Assembly (NCBI GenBank): GCA_020161835.1
Contig: JAIUNL010000004.1
Location: 65,049-129,048 of the forward strand
DNA from: Bacteroidota bacterium
GTDB lineage: Bacteria > Bacteroidota > JABWAT01
Direction: 5' to 3'
DNA length: 64,000 bases
The translations under genes and the position numbers were made by a program. How positions within the stretch are numbered: the first letter of the stretch is position 1; every line of letters starts with the position of its first letter. This document shows positions 9,255 to 18,156 of the stretch, piece by piece. Below the pieces are notes generated by a model. That model did no database searches. It saw only the letters and a list, made by a program, of their open reading frames with translations, and was not told the origin of the DNA.

Positions 9255-9865
9255 AGATCTAACGGATTTCTGCTGAAGAAAAAAGAGTTCAACCACAGAA
9301 ATATCAGAAGTCACAGAAAAAACTTCTTTTTAAAACCCGAATTCAATTCCTTTTATGCATATTCTGTACCTTCTGTGGTGAAAAGGTATTGGAGCCCTGA
9401 CTTCACTTTGTGACTTCCGCTGAAGAAAAAAGAGTTCAACCACAGAAACTACAGAAGTAGCAGAAAAAACTTCCTGTTTAAAACATAAACTCAATTCCTC
9501 TTCTGAATATTCTGTTTCTTCTGTGGTGGAAAGGTATTGAAGTCCTGACTTCACTTTGTGACTTCCGCTGAAGAAAAAAGAGTTTAACCACAGAAATAAC
9601 AGAAGAAGCAGAAGGTAATTTCCTTTTAAGAACCCGAATTCAATTCCTTTTCTGCATATTCTGTACCTTCTGTGGTGGAAAGGTATTGAAGTCCTGACTT
9701 CACTTTGTGATTTCCGCTGAAGAAAAAAGAATTCAACCACAGAAATATCAGAAGTCACAGAAAAAACTTCTTTTTAAAACCCGAATTCAATTCCTTTTCT
9801 GCATATTCTGTACCTTCTGTGGTGAAAAGGTATTGGAGGCGTGTCCTGAATTTGGGATTTCCAAT
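9255..9865. repeat. tandem array, ~4.1 copies of a 149-bp unit (family A of the 149/150-bp repeats)
   Basis: Unit starts at ~9271, 9420, 9569, 9717; copies ~85-95% identical; each unit contains imperfect inverted repeat AACCACAGAA...CAGAAG / CTTCTGTGGTG. Confidence 0.9.
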
Positions 9866-9978
9866 TTGAATACTTACAAGTAAATATTCAAAATGTTTCT
9901 TGTTTGATTAAACAATTTAAATACTTTAACTTCATTTATTCTAAACCCATCGAGTTTAAAAAAACCGGATAAAAAAAT

Positions 9979-10677
9979 ATGATGAACAAATTTACATACC
10001 CGACTTATTTCTTAGCCATTGTTTTTGTTATCACAATTTTTTCAGGCTGTACGGCCAATTATTCCCGGTTTTCGCCTGAGAGCCCCGAACAGATAAAGAA
10101 AATAAAAAGGATCGGATTATTAACCCCTGAAATCAATATCCGTGAAATCAGCGCTGGCGGCTCCAGTATCGTTTTAGGTGAACATACTGCAACTTCAAGG
10201 AAATATTTTATTGAAAACACAAAAAAGATATTTGAAAAAAAGGGCATTGAAGTCAAATTTATCGATCTGTCTGGTCAGGATTCGCTTCGTTTTATTGAAC
10301 CATTGGCCATGTACCGAACAATAAATAATGCCATCTTACAAAAAGATCCGTCTGAAACGAGGAATAATTTTCAATTTGAAATTGGCTCTCTTGACTCTCT
10401 TTCAGCACTCTACGAGGTTGATGGGTTTTTATTTCTTTCCGGATATGATTTAAAATCATCAACAAGCAGAGTCTTTGCTGAAACTGCATTAGTCGCAGTT
10501 GGGGGATTAGGGGCATCCGAAAAGAGAAGTTTACTCTGTCTTGGAATAGCAGATAAAAGCGGAAAATTACTTTTTCACAGTTATAACAATGAACCGGATA
10601 TCTGGATTTTTACCCGGGAACAAAGTGTTAAAGACCTGATGATTAAGGTGACAAGAGATTACACAAGAAAGCTTTAA
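9979..10677 (+). CDS. lipoprotein of uncharacterised family, paralog 1 of 3
   Basis: Signal peptide + lipobox (FSGC); shares blocks with ORFs 10932 and 13469: GC-T.DY.R.S, IK.I...GI..P, E[LI]SAGG, LAMYRT, GS[LI]DSL, VDGFLF..GY, GLADK.GK[IL]L. Confidence 0.6.
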   Translation: MMNKFTYPTYFLAIVFVITIFSGCTANYSRFSPESPEQIKKIKRIGLLTPEINIREISAGGSSIVLGEHTATSRKYFIENTKKIFEKKGIEVKFIDLSGQDSLRFIEPLAMYRTINNAILQKDPSETRNNFQFEIGSLDSLSALYEVDGFLFLSGYDLKSSTSRVFAETALVAVGGLGASEKRSLLCLGIADKSGKLLFHSYNNEPDIWIFTREQSVKDLMIKVTRDYTRKL

Positions 10678-10686
10678 GTTTTTTTC

Positions 10687-10724
10687 AATTTAGGGTAATC
10701 GTAATCCAATGATTACCCTAAATT
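10687..10724 (+). terminator. 14-bp perfect inverted repeat AATTTAGGGTAATC..GATTACCCTAAATT right after lipoprotein-1 stop (hairpin; no strong T-run)
   Basis: Seen in sequence; placement 10 bp after stop codon. Confidence 0.35.
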
Positions 10725-10931
10725 TTCACAAATTGATCTGTTAATCAAACAAAATGGTTTTTCCTGATAACCAGCACATGTTGTATTGAATCTATTTCCG
10801 CTTCCTTCCCGATCAAAAATTAACCTGTGATTATAAATTAAGTTTAGATTACCGTCTTATGATACTCTTATTGATTTGACCAAGCCGAACTCTTAACTTT
10901 AAACCCTACCCAGATGTTACCAAAACTTTGA

Positions 10932-11648
10932 TTGGATCCCAACATGAACTTTTCAAAAATGTCGTTTTTCACTTTTTTGGTTTTTGCAGGAATGACAATT
11001 TCCGGCTGTACGTCTGACTATACCCGTTTTTCTTCGAATGGCCATCAGCAAATCAAGCAAATAAAAAAAGTTGGAATTATTACCCCAGATGTTAAAGTTT
11101 ATGAACTTGGAGCAGGCGGAGCAAATACTCCTCTTGGAAAACAAACAGAAATTGCCCGGAATTTTCTTTTTGAGAATACAAAAGTATCATTGCAGAATCT
11201 GGGAATGAAGGTCAGAAAGATTGATTTGCAGGGAGGAGATTCCCTTCTTTTTCAGGAAACGTTGGCCATGTACCGCACAGTTGATGATGCCATTCTGGGT
11301 AAAAAGACAAGCGATACCAAGAAAAAATTTGAATATGATCTGGGTTCATTAGACTCCCTTGCATTATATTATGATGTCGATGCCTTTCTTTTCCTGAGAG
11401 GTTATGATACTGAACCCTCATCGAACCGCAGCGCAGCAGCAGTTGCAGGGGTGGTGACAGGCGTTCTTTTTGGCGTGGGCGTCATTTTACATGAACCCAG
11501 CTTTCTTTCTGTCGGACTTGCAGACCGTGACGGTAAAATTTTGTTTTATAACTTCAACAATGAAATGGATACCTGGAATTACACTAAGGAAAAAGATGTA
11601 AAAAAGCTGACTGAAAAGCTTTTCAAAGAATTCTCAAAGAAAAAGTAA
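10932..11648 (+). CDS. lipoprotein of uncharacterised family, paralog 2 of 3
   Basis: Signal peptide + lipobox (ISGC); conserved blocks as above. Confidence 0.6.
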   Translation: MDPNMNFSKMSFFTFLVFAGMTISGCTSDYTRFSSNGHQQIKQIKKVGIITPDVKVYELGAGGANTPLGKQTEIARNFLFENTKVSLQNLGMKVRKIDLQGGDSLLFQETLAMYRTVDDAILGKKTSDTKKKFEYDLGSLDSLALYYDVDAFLFLRGYDTEPSSNRSAAAVAGVVTGVLFGVGVILHEPSFLSVGLADRDGKILFYNFNNEMDTWNYTKEKDVKKLTEKLFKEFSKKK

Positions 11649-11669
11649 CTATGATTCAGGAAATGAACT

Positions 11670-12857
11670 ATGACCCGGTTTCCGTTTTTGTATAATTTTT
11701 TAACCATTTCCATTCTCTGTTTTGCATTTTCGCTTAAAGCACAGGAAAAAAAAGCGAGAATCTTCGAAAACGATGAAACAGAAATCTGGAAAGAAAGCCA
11801 GATCGAACAAAGAAAAATAAATGAAAGCGGACTCATTTACCAGGATGATTCACTCGAAGCCTATCTTAACAATGTTCTGATTAAGGTTACAGGAATTTAT
11901 CCTGAACCGATTCAGCCAAAAATAAAAGTTTTAAAAAGTCCCGTGTTAAATGCCTTCGCCTATCCAAACGGAGTCATGTATATCCATTCAGGCTTGCTTG
12001 CCAAAATGGAAAATGAATCCCAGCTTGCAACCTTACTCGGACATGAAATTACCCATTCTACCAACCGTCATGCTGTACTGGCCTTTCGCTCACAAAAGAG
12101 CAACAGTGACGCACTTGCATTTTTTAGCATTCTTTCAGGTGGATTTGGGTTGATTGGGGCAGTCGCACGTTTGATTGGTGAGGTGGGTTATATGGCATCG
12201 GTTTCCGGGTATTCTCAGGAATTGGAAAAGGAAGCTGATGGGGTTGGGTTTCAGCGAATGAAAAGATCTGGATACAACGTGACTGAAGCCCCCAAGCTGT
12301 TTGGAATACTCAAACGGGATCTTGATCAGGAACCACCTGCAGAAAAACAATCTTTCTTTTTCAGTTCACATCCAAAACTGGATGACCGGATAAAAAATTA
12401 CAACCAGCTTTTAAATAATTTAACGGTAAAACCAGATTCGGCAGGTGTTGATTCTGTTTTTATAAAGAAAACCAGAAAACTCCTCTTTGATAATATCGGA
12501 ATTGATATTCAGTCAGGACGTTATAATTCTGCTCATTTCTCTTCAATTGTTTATGCAACCAGATTCCCCTCAGATTACCGCATCTATCTGCTTCAGGCTG
12601 AAATTATGAACAAACGATTCCCTGATGATTCAAATAAACAAACTGAGGTAATGGAATTATATAAAAAAGTTGTTGATCTGGATTCTACCCAGGCAGAAGC
12701 ACAAAAAAATCTTGGAAAATGGCATTTTAAAAAGGGTGATTATACGGCTGCATTGCCCTATCTTGAAGCCTATTTGAAACTGTCACCTGATGCAAAAGAT
12801 AAAGGCTATATCGAAGGTTACCTCAGAAAAATTAAAACCTCAATGGATTCAAAATGA
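11670..12857 (+). CDS. M48 family zinc metallopeptidase with C-terminal TPR-like region (BepA/YfgC-like architecture)
   Basis: HEITH (HExxH), downstream ELEKEAD (third zinc ligand ExxAD) and SHPKLDDRI motifs characteristic of peptidase M48; signal peptide; C-terminal helical repeats. Confidence 0.75.
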   Translation: MTRFPFLYNFLTISILCFAFSLKAQEKKARIFENDETEIWKESQIEQRKINESGLIYQDDSLEAYLNNVLIKVTGIYPEPIQPKIKVLKSPVLNAFAYPNGVMYIHSGLLAKMENESQLATLLGHEITHSTNRHAVLAFRSQKSNSDALAFFSILSGGFGLIGAVARLIGEVGYMASVSGYSQELEKEADGVGFQRMKRSGYNVTEAPKLFGILKRDLDQEPPAEKQSFFFSSHPKLDDRIKNYNQLLNNLTVKPDSAGVDSVFIKKTRKLLFDNIGIDIQSGRYNSAHFSSIVYATRFPSDYRIYLLQAEIMNKRFPDDSNKQTEVMELYKKVVDLDSTQAEAQKNLGKWHFKKGDYTAALPYLEAYLKLSPDAKDKGYIEGYLRKIKTSMDSK

Positions 12858-13417
12858 AAAAAATAACGTACTCACTATTACTTCTTTCTATCTTTCTGGT
12901 TTCTTGTGGACCACAATGGAACACCGTTACAAAATCAGTTTCTGATAAAAAAACCGGTGCCGTTTTAGCTGCGCCAACCGGCTGGAAATACATGGAGCTG
13001 CAGAATAAAATTATGCTCACTCCTGACAGCCCGGATTTAGGACTTTTGGTTTATCAGGTTCTCTCTGTTTCAAACCCCATGCGGTTTACCAAACAAATTG
13101 TACAAAAAAATATGCTGCCTGAAGATTTGGCTGCACTGATTACTGATAATTACCAATTAAATCAGGGTTTATCTCAATTTAAAGTTTTAGAAAACAATCC
13201 GGAAGTATTGGCTGGAATTGAAGGATTTCGTCTTATTTCGGAATATAAATCGGGTGATGGTAACCCGATGAAAATGCTAACGGTTGGGATAAGTCTGCAG
13301 GATAATGCAGTCATTCTTGAATTTACAGCTCCGAAAAGAGTCTATTTTGATAAGTATAAACCTGAAATCGAAGCCATTTTAAGCAAATTCCAACTGTCAC
13401 CAGATCTAAAAAAATAA
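12854..13417 (+). CDS. hypothetical lipoprotein
   Basis: Signal peptide + lipobox (LVSCG); 4-bp overlap with M48 gene. Confidence 0.5.
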   Translation: MKKITYSLLLLSIFLVSCGPQWNTVTKSVSDKKTGAVLAAPTGWKYMELQNKIMLTPDSPDLGLLVYQVLSVSNPMRFTKQIVQKNMLPEDLAALITDNYQLNQGLSQFKVLENNPEVLAGIEGFRLISEYKSGDGNPMKMLTVGISLQDNAVILEFTAPKRVYFDKYKPEIEAILSKFQLSPDLKK

Positions 13418-13468
13418 GTTGACCTTACTTTTTCAAAACTGAATATTTTACTTATAAAAAGTTCTCCA

Positions 13469-14206
13469 ATGAAAAAAAACAGTATCCTTTTTTCAGTTCT
13501 TCTATTAAACTGGGTGATATTCAACGGTTGTACTCCTGATTATACAAGGTATTCTTCAAAAGGCCCTTATCTGGTTCAAAGTATAAAAACCATTGGAATT
13601 ATTTCACCTGATTTGGGAATTTTCGAGTTAAGTGCCGGCGGAAGTTCTGAAAAACTTGGAGCAGAATCTGAAAAATCCAAAGTGCTTATTCTAAACGCTT
13701 TTACATCCGAGTTAAAAAAATCTGGAATTGAAGTAAAACTAATCGATTTAAAGGGTCCCGATTCCACCCGTCTTGATGAAACACGTGCCATGTTCAAAAC
13801 GGTAAATGAGGTTATTCTTACAAAAAGTACTGATGAAACCAAATGGAAATTTGAATTTGACATCGGTTCAATAGATTCTCTTGCCACACAGTATCAGGTT
13901 GATGGATTTCTTTTTATTCAGGGATATGAAACCCGGAATTCTGCCGGGAGAAATTTTGCAGCGACGGCGGGCGTTGTTTCTGCTGTATTGGTTGGATCAG
14001 GTACGGTTTACCATAACCCCTATTTAATCTCTTTTGGGTTAGCTGATAAAAAAGGCAAAATTCTGTTGCATAATCATCAAACGGGCGTTGACGGCTCAAA
14101 ATGGACACTTGACGATGCGGAAGAAGTAACAGAAATGACTGAATTTTTATTCAAAACATTTCATGAAGGACTTAAAATCGTTTACAAAATACCAAAAAAG
14201 AAATAG
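13469..14206 (+). CDS. lipoprotein of uncharacterised family, paralog 3 of 3
   Basis: Signal peptide + lipobox (FNGC); conserved blocks as paralogs 1 and 2. Confidence 0.6.
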   Translation: MKKNSILFSVLLLNWVIFNGCTPDYTRYSSKGPYLVQSIKTIGIISPDLGIFELSAGGSSEKLGAESEKSKVLILNAFTSELKKSGIEVKLIDLKGPDSTRLDETRAMFKTVNEVILTKSTDETKWKFEFDIGSIDSLATQYQVDGFLFIQGYETRNSAGRNFAATAGVVSAVLVGSGTVYHNPYLISFGLADKKGKILLHNHQTGVDGSKWTLDDAEEVTEMTEFLFKTFHEGLKIVYKIPKKK

Positions 14207-14351
14207 CCGGTTATCAGAAAAATTGATGCTGAGTTTGATTTACCATTAATCATTGCCCCTTAACCATTATAGCCTTTTTCCCTTCACTTTTACTATGTAA
14301 TTTGTCCTCCGAATCCATCAAAGGCAGGATTAAAATATCACTGTAACTTTC

Positions 14352-14725
14352 ACTTAAGAAAAATGGGTTTAACCACAGAAATTACTGAAGGAGCAGAAAG
14401 AAATTTCCCAATAAAAACCCGAATTCAATTCCTTTTCTGCATATTCTGTGTCTTCTGTGGTGAAAAGGTATTGGAGTCCTGTCCTGACTTTGTGATTTCA
14501 TCTGAAGAAAAAAAGAGTTTAACCACAGAAATTACAGAAGGCACAGAAGGAAATTCCCTATTAAAAACCTGAATTCAATTCCTTTTCTGCATATTCTGTG
14601 TCTTCTGTGGTGAAAAGGTATTGGAGTCCTGTCCTGACTTTGTGATTTCATCTGAAGAAAAATGGGTTTAACCACAGAAATTACAGAAGGAGCAGAAAGT
14701 AATTTCCCAATAAAAACCCGGATTC
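14352..14725. repeat. tandem array, ~2.5 copies of the 149-bp unit (family A)
   Basis: AACCACAGAAATT recurs at 14371, 14521, 14671; unit ~85% identical to the 9255-9865 units. Confidence 0.9.
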
Positions 14726-14761
14726 AAGATTCATTAACCATTAATCATTTACCATTAACCA

Positions 14762-15730
14762 TTATTCCCCTGCGTCTTCCGCATCAAAGCCTTGTTCTCT
14801 GAGCCACCGGCTGAAAATTCCTTCTGTTCCATGAGTTACGATGATTTTGTCAGCTCCGGATTCAGTTATCGCCTTATTTAATGCCGGCCAATCAGCATGA
14901 TCTGACAAAATAAATCCACGGTCAAACGCCTGCCAGTTTCTTCTCTTACTCACCGCCATCCACCCCGAAGCAAAAGCAACCGAATACGGTTCAAACTGAG
15001 TCATGAACGGTGATCCTTTCCCCGAAACCGGTGTGATCACCAATCCCCGTCTGAGTTCCTCCGGCTTCACTGAGTCAACCAGTAAATTGACTTTTGGAAC
15101 GGGAATTCCAAATTCCCGGAGTGACTGATTCATGGTCTCCACGGAAGGATGACAGAAAACAGGTCCGGTTGAATAATCGAGATGATGAAGAATCCGTTGG
15201 GCTTTTCCCAAAGAGTAGGCGTTCAATACGGAAGTTTTTCCTTCAGCCTGGTTTTGTTTCCACCAGCGGTTGATTTCAGCAAAAACCTGATCCTGATCGG
15301 GCCAGCGATAAATGGGAAGTGCAAAAGTTGCTTCAGTGATGAAGGTGTTGCATGTCACAGTTTCAAAAGGCTGGCAAACCCGGTCATTTTCAAGTTTGTA
15401 ATCTCCCGACGCCACCCAGACTTCACCCTGATACTCCACACGGACCTGAGCCGAACCGATGATATGTCCTGCCGGGTGCAAACTGATCGTAACGCCGTTG
15501 ATGGTTACCGGGACACCATACTCTTCAGTTCTGAGGCGAATATTTTTCCCGAGACGGGTTTTGAGAACCGGTTCAGAGTCACGGTGAGCGAAATAAGAAG
15601 CGTGCCCGGACCGGGCATGATCTGAATGTCCGTGCGTAATCACAGCCCGCTGAACAGAACGAAGCGGGTCGATGTAAAAATCTCCGGCTTCGCAGTAAAT
15701 TCCGTTGGGTGTAAATTGGAGAAGGGGCAT
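14762..15730 (-). CDS. metallo-beta-lactamase fold exonuclease (ligase-associated DNA damage response exonuclease-like)
   Basis: N-terminal LQFTPNGIYCEAGDFYIDP...VITHGHSDH motif (HxHxDH MBL signature); 322 aa. Confidence 0.5.
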   Translation of the reverse strand: MPLLQFTPNGIYCEAGDFYIDPLRSVQRAVITHGHSDHARSGHASYFAHRDSEPVLKTRLGKNIRLRTEEYGVPVTINGVTISLHPAGHIIGSAQVRVEYQGEVWVASGDYKLENDRVCQPFETVTCNTFITEATFALPIYRWPDQDQVFAEINRWWKQNQAEGKTSVLNAYSLGKAQRILHHLDYSTGPVFCHPSVETMNQSLREFGIPVPKVNLLVDSVKPEELRRGLVITPVSGKGSPFMTQFEPYSVAFASGWMAVSKRRNWQAFDRGFILSDHADWPALNKAITESGADKIIVTHGTEGIFSRWLREQGFDAEDAGE

Positions 15731-15774
15731 TTTGGTTACATATTACGGGTTACAGATCACGTGTTAATTTCCAG

Positions 15775-15850
15775 GTTCCCCTCCTTTTTTAAAGGAGAGC
15801 CTGCCCCGAACGCTTTCGGGACACCCCTCCTTAAAAAGGAGGGGAATTTT
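15775..15850. repeat. composite palindromic element (CCCCTCCTTTTTTTAAAGGAG...CCGAACGCTTTCGGGAC...CCCCTCCTTAAAAAGGAGGGG); copy of element at 3234-3312
   Basis: Direct comparison of the two loci. Confidence 0.7.
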
Positions 15851-15949
15851 TCATCCTTATTACATTTCAAAAACCTTATAGCGTACAACGTCCCCCGTAA
15901 TACGTTTTGCGTTTTCCCGTGACCCGTAATAAGTGACCCGTAACCATCC

Positions 15950-16861
15950 TTAATCCATTACTGTTTTCATGCAGAAAACTGATCCGCCGGATTTCATATA
16001 TTCGCCGGTTTCAATCTGGATGACTTCATATCCTTCTTTCTGAAGAATATCAATAACGATTGAATTGGATTTTTGGATAACGGCAACTTTTTTCTCACCG
16101 GATTCATCAAAAACGGCATCGAAATTCAGAGAAAAAGTTTCCTTCACATCCGCCATCGGAATGTCATACACTTTTTTGTACATCTGATGGATGACGGCAA
16201 GTCCTTCTTTGCTGAAGGCATCGGGGCAGATGAGAACGGTATCATCATCAAGAGGAGAGAAACAGGTGTCGAGATGATAGAAATACGGCGAAACGAGCTC
16301 AAGGCAGATAATCGGTGTTTTCAGTTTTGCAGAAATTTCATCGTACATAAACCGGTCAGACCGGTGACCGTAACCACCCCAGATCAATCTTTTGTACGGA
16401 TGCGGAATGGCATCACCACCACCTTCAAAAAGTCCTTTTCCTTCCAGTTCAATGATTTTAAATCCCTGACGTTCACAGAAAAGCCGATGATGTTCCACTT
16501 CCCGCTGACGGCTTGGGTAACGCATGTGCGAAAGGACGACACAGCGGGTATCATCCACTACCCAGGAATAAATCGGATTGCAGCAGAACACCATATCTTC
16601 CAAACCTTCTGCACCCGGTTCAACAAACAAGCCACGGATAAGTCCACGTTTGTATAAAGCTTCATAGGTATCACGAAGTTGCTGCCACTGCTTTTTTGCC
16701 AGCCGCCGGTCGATGATACTGCCTTCCATGTACACGTTTTTAACGTCGATCACATCAAAATAATCGGGAATGGTGAGCAGGACGTTCTGCTGCGGCCCCC
16801 GGTCTTCAAGATCACTTATGGTAAAATCGGGTTTATCGTAGGCTTTGGCGAGTGGTTTCAT
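15950..16861 (-). CDS. amidinotransferase-superfamily protein (DDAH/arginine deiminase-like)
   Basis: 303 aa; C-terminal SGGSVFCMK resembles the catalytic Cys motif (GGxxxC) of the guanidino-group modifying enzyme superfamily; start overlaps selD stop. Confidence 0.45.
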   Translation of the reverse strand: MKPLAKAYDKPDFTISDLEDRGPQQNVLLTIPDYFDVIDVKNVYMEGSIIDRRLAKKQWQQLRDTYEALYKRGLIRGLFVEPGAEGLEDMVFCCNPIYSWVVDDTRCVVLSHMRYPSRQREVEHHRLFCERQGFKIIELEGKGLFEGGGDAIPHPYKRLIWGGYGHRSDRFMYDEISAKLKTPIICLELVSPYFYHLDTCFSPLDDDTVLICPDAFSKEGLAVIHQMYKKVYDIPMADVKETFSLNFDAVFDESGEKKVAVIQKSNSIVIDILQKEGYEVIQIETGEYMKSGGSVFCMKTVMD

Positions 16862-16864
16862 GGG

Positions 16865-17917
16865 TCAGCTCCGTATCTGTATTCTGGGTTGGTCATGGTT
16901 TTCCGGCATTAACCTGCCGATGGGTCTGGAAAATTTTACGAGTCCATTTTCCTTCAGAAGAGTTTCAAGTTCTTCCCGTCCTGAAGGATCAATGGCGATC
17001 AGAAGTCCGCCGCTGGTCTGCGGATCAGCAAGGATGGCTTTTTGCTCATCGGTTACCGGTCCGATTTTCGATCCGTAGCTGGCCCAGTTCCGGTTGGTCC
17101 CTCCGGGAATGGATTTCAGCTGGATATAATACACTAAATCATCAATAATCAGCGGAATGGATTTCATGTCCACTTCTGCAGAAAGCCCGCTTCCTGCAGC
17201 CATTTCAACGAGGTGACCCAGAAGTCCGAATCCGGTAACGTCGGTCAAAGCCGTTACTTTTTCCATTTTTCCGAGTTCAGCACCGATTTTATTCAGTTCC
17301 ATCATCTGCCGGGCTGCAAGTCCGACTTCCGGCTCCCTCAAAATCCCTTTTTTTTCAGCAGTTGTCAATATTCCGACACCGAGGGGTTTTGTTAAATATA
17401 AGAGATTTCCGGCTTTGGCAGTATTGTTTTGTTTGAGGTTTTTCACCGGGACAAATCCGTTCACAGCCAGCCCGAAAATCGGCTCCGGACAGTCAATAGA
17501 ATGTCCGCCGGCAAGTGCAATTCCTGCTTCCTGACAGGCAAACCGTCCGCCGTCGACAACCTGACCTGCAATTTCGGGTGCGAGTTTATCAATCGGCCAG
17601 CCTAAAATCGCAATGGCAAGTGACGGCGTTCCGCCCATGGCGTACACATCACTGATCGCATTGGCAGCAGCAATCCGTCCGAATTCAAACGGATTATCCA
17701 CAATCGGCATAAAAAAATCGGTCGTTGAAATGAGTGCAATTCCGTTTCCCATATCGAGAACCGCAGCATCATCCCGGCTGTGATTTCCGACGAGCAGATT
17801 TTTAAAATCGGGTTTCACTTCCCGGGTTTGAAGAATTTTATCAAGAACGGCCGGAGAAATTTTGCATCCGCATCCGGCACCGTGGCTGTATTGAGTTAGT
17901 TTGATGTCTGAGTTCAT
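16865..17917 (-). CDS. selD: selenide, water dikinase (selenophosphate synthetase), Cys-type
   Basis: N-terminal [12 protein letters not shown] glycine-rich active-site loop with Cys (not Sec); AIR-synthase-related fold, 350 aa. Confidence 0.85.
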   Translation of the reverse strand: MNSDIKLTQYSHGAGCGCKISPAVLDKILQTREVKPDFKNLLVGNHSRDDAAVLDMGNGIALISTTDFFMPIVDNPFEFGRIAAANAISDVYAMGGTPSLAIAILGWPIDKLAPEIAGQVVDGGRFACQEAGIALAGGHSIDCPEPIFGLAVNGFVPVKNLKQNNTAKAGNLLYLTKPLGVGILTTAEKKGILREPEVGLAARQMMELNKIGAELGKMEKVTALTDVTGFGLLGHLVEMAAGSGLSAEVDMKSIPLIIDDLVYYIQLKSIPGGTNRNWASYGSKIGPVTDEQKAILADPQTSGGLLIAIDPSGREELETLLKENGLVKFSRPIGRLMPENHDQPRIQIRS

Positions 17918-18020
17918 GGGGATAATTCCGAATTACGAATGACGAAACGAAGTTCTGCGAAGCAAATTTTAAATTTTGAATTTTAAAAATTGAAGAATGA
18001 AAAAAATCTTTGATTTAATT

Positions 18021-18130
18021 GTCATTCCCGCGAAGGCGGGTCATGAAATGTGCGAAGCAAGTCCAGTATTTATTCAAACAAACTAATACAAAATTCAATT
18101 ATGGATTCCCGCCTTCGCGGGAATGACATC
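18021..18130. repeat. two inverted copies of a small palindromic element forming a perfect 19-bp inverted repeat (TCATTCCCGCGAAGGCGGG ... CCCGCCTTCGCGGGAATGA) between selU and selD
   Basis: Seen in sequence; ~65-nt spacer. Confidence 0.8.
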
Positions 18131-18156
18131 AGTTTATACCATTAAACATTAACCAT

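Noticed and set aside
9330-9758. 142-aa minus-strand ORF running through the repeat array
   Set aside because: The 149-bp period is not a multiple of three, so the reading frame shifts each unit; translation is low-complexity. It is almost certainly a spurious ORF created by the repeat.
9255-9865. Tandem array considered as a CRISPR array
   Set aside because: Repeat period is 149 bp and whole units are near-identical; there are no short direct repeats separated by unique spacers and no cas genes nearby.
14363-14572. 69-aa ORF inside the second repeat array and 9330-like ORFs
   Set aside because: Same frame-shifting logic as the first array; product is a repeat artefact (TTEITEGAE.. repeated).
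16865-17917. Possible selenocysteine (in-frame TGA) in selD
   Set aside because: The active-site position is encoded as Cys (GAGCGCK); no internal TGA, and no selA/selB/SECIS in the window.
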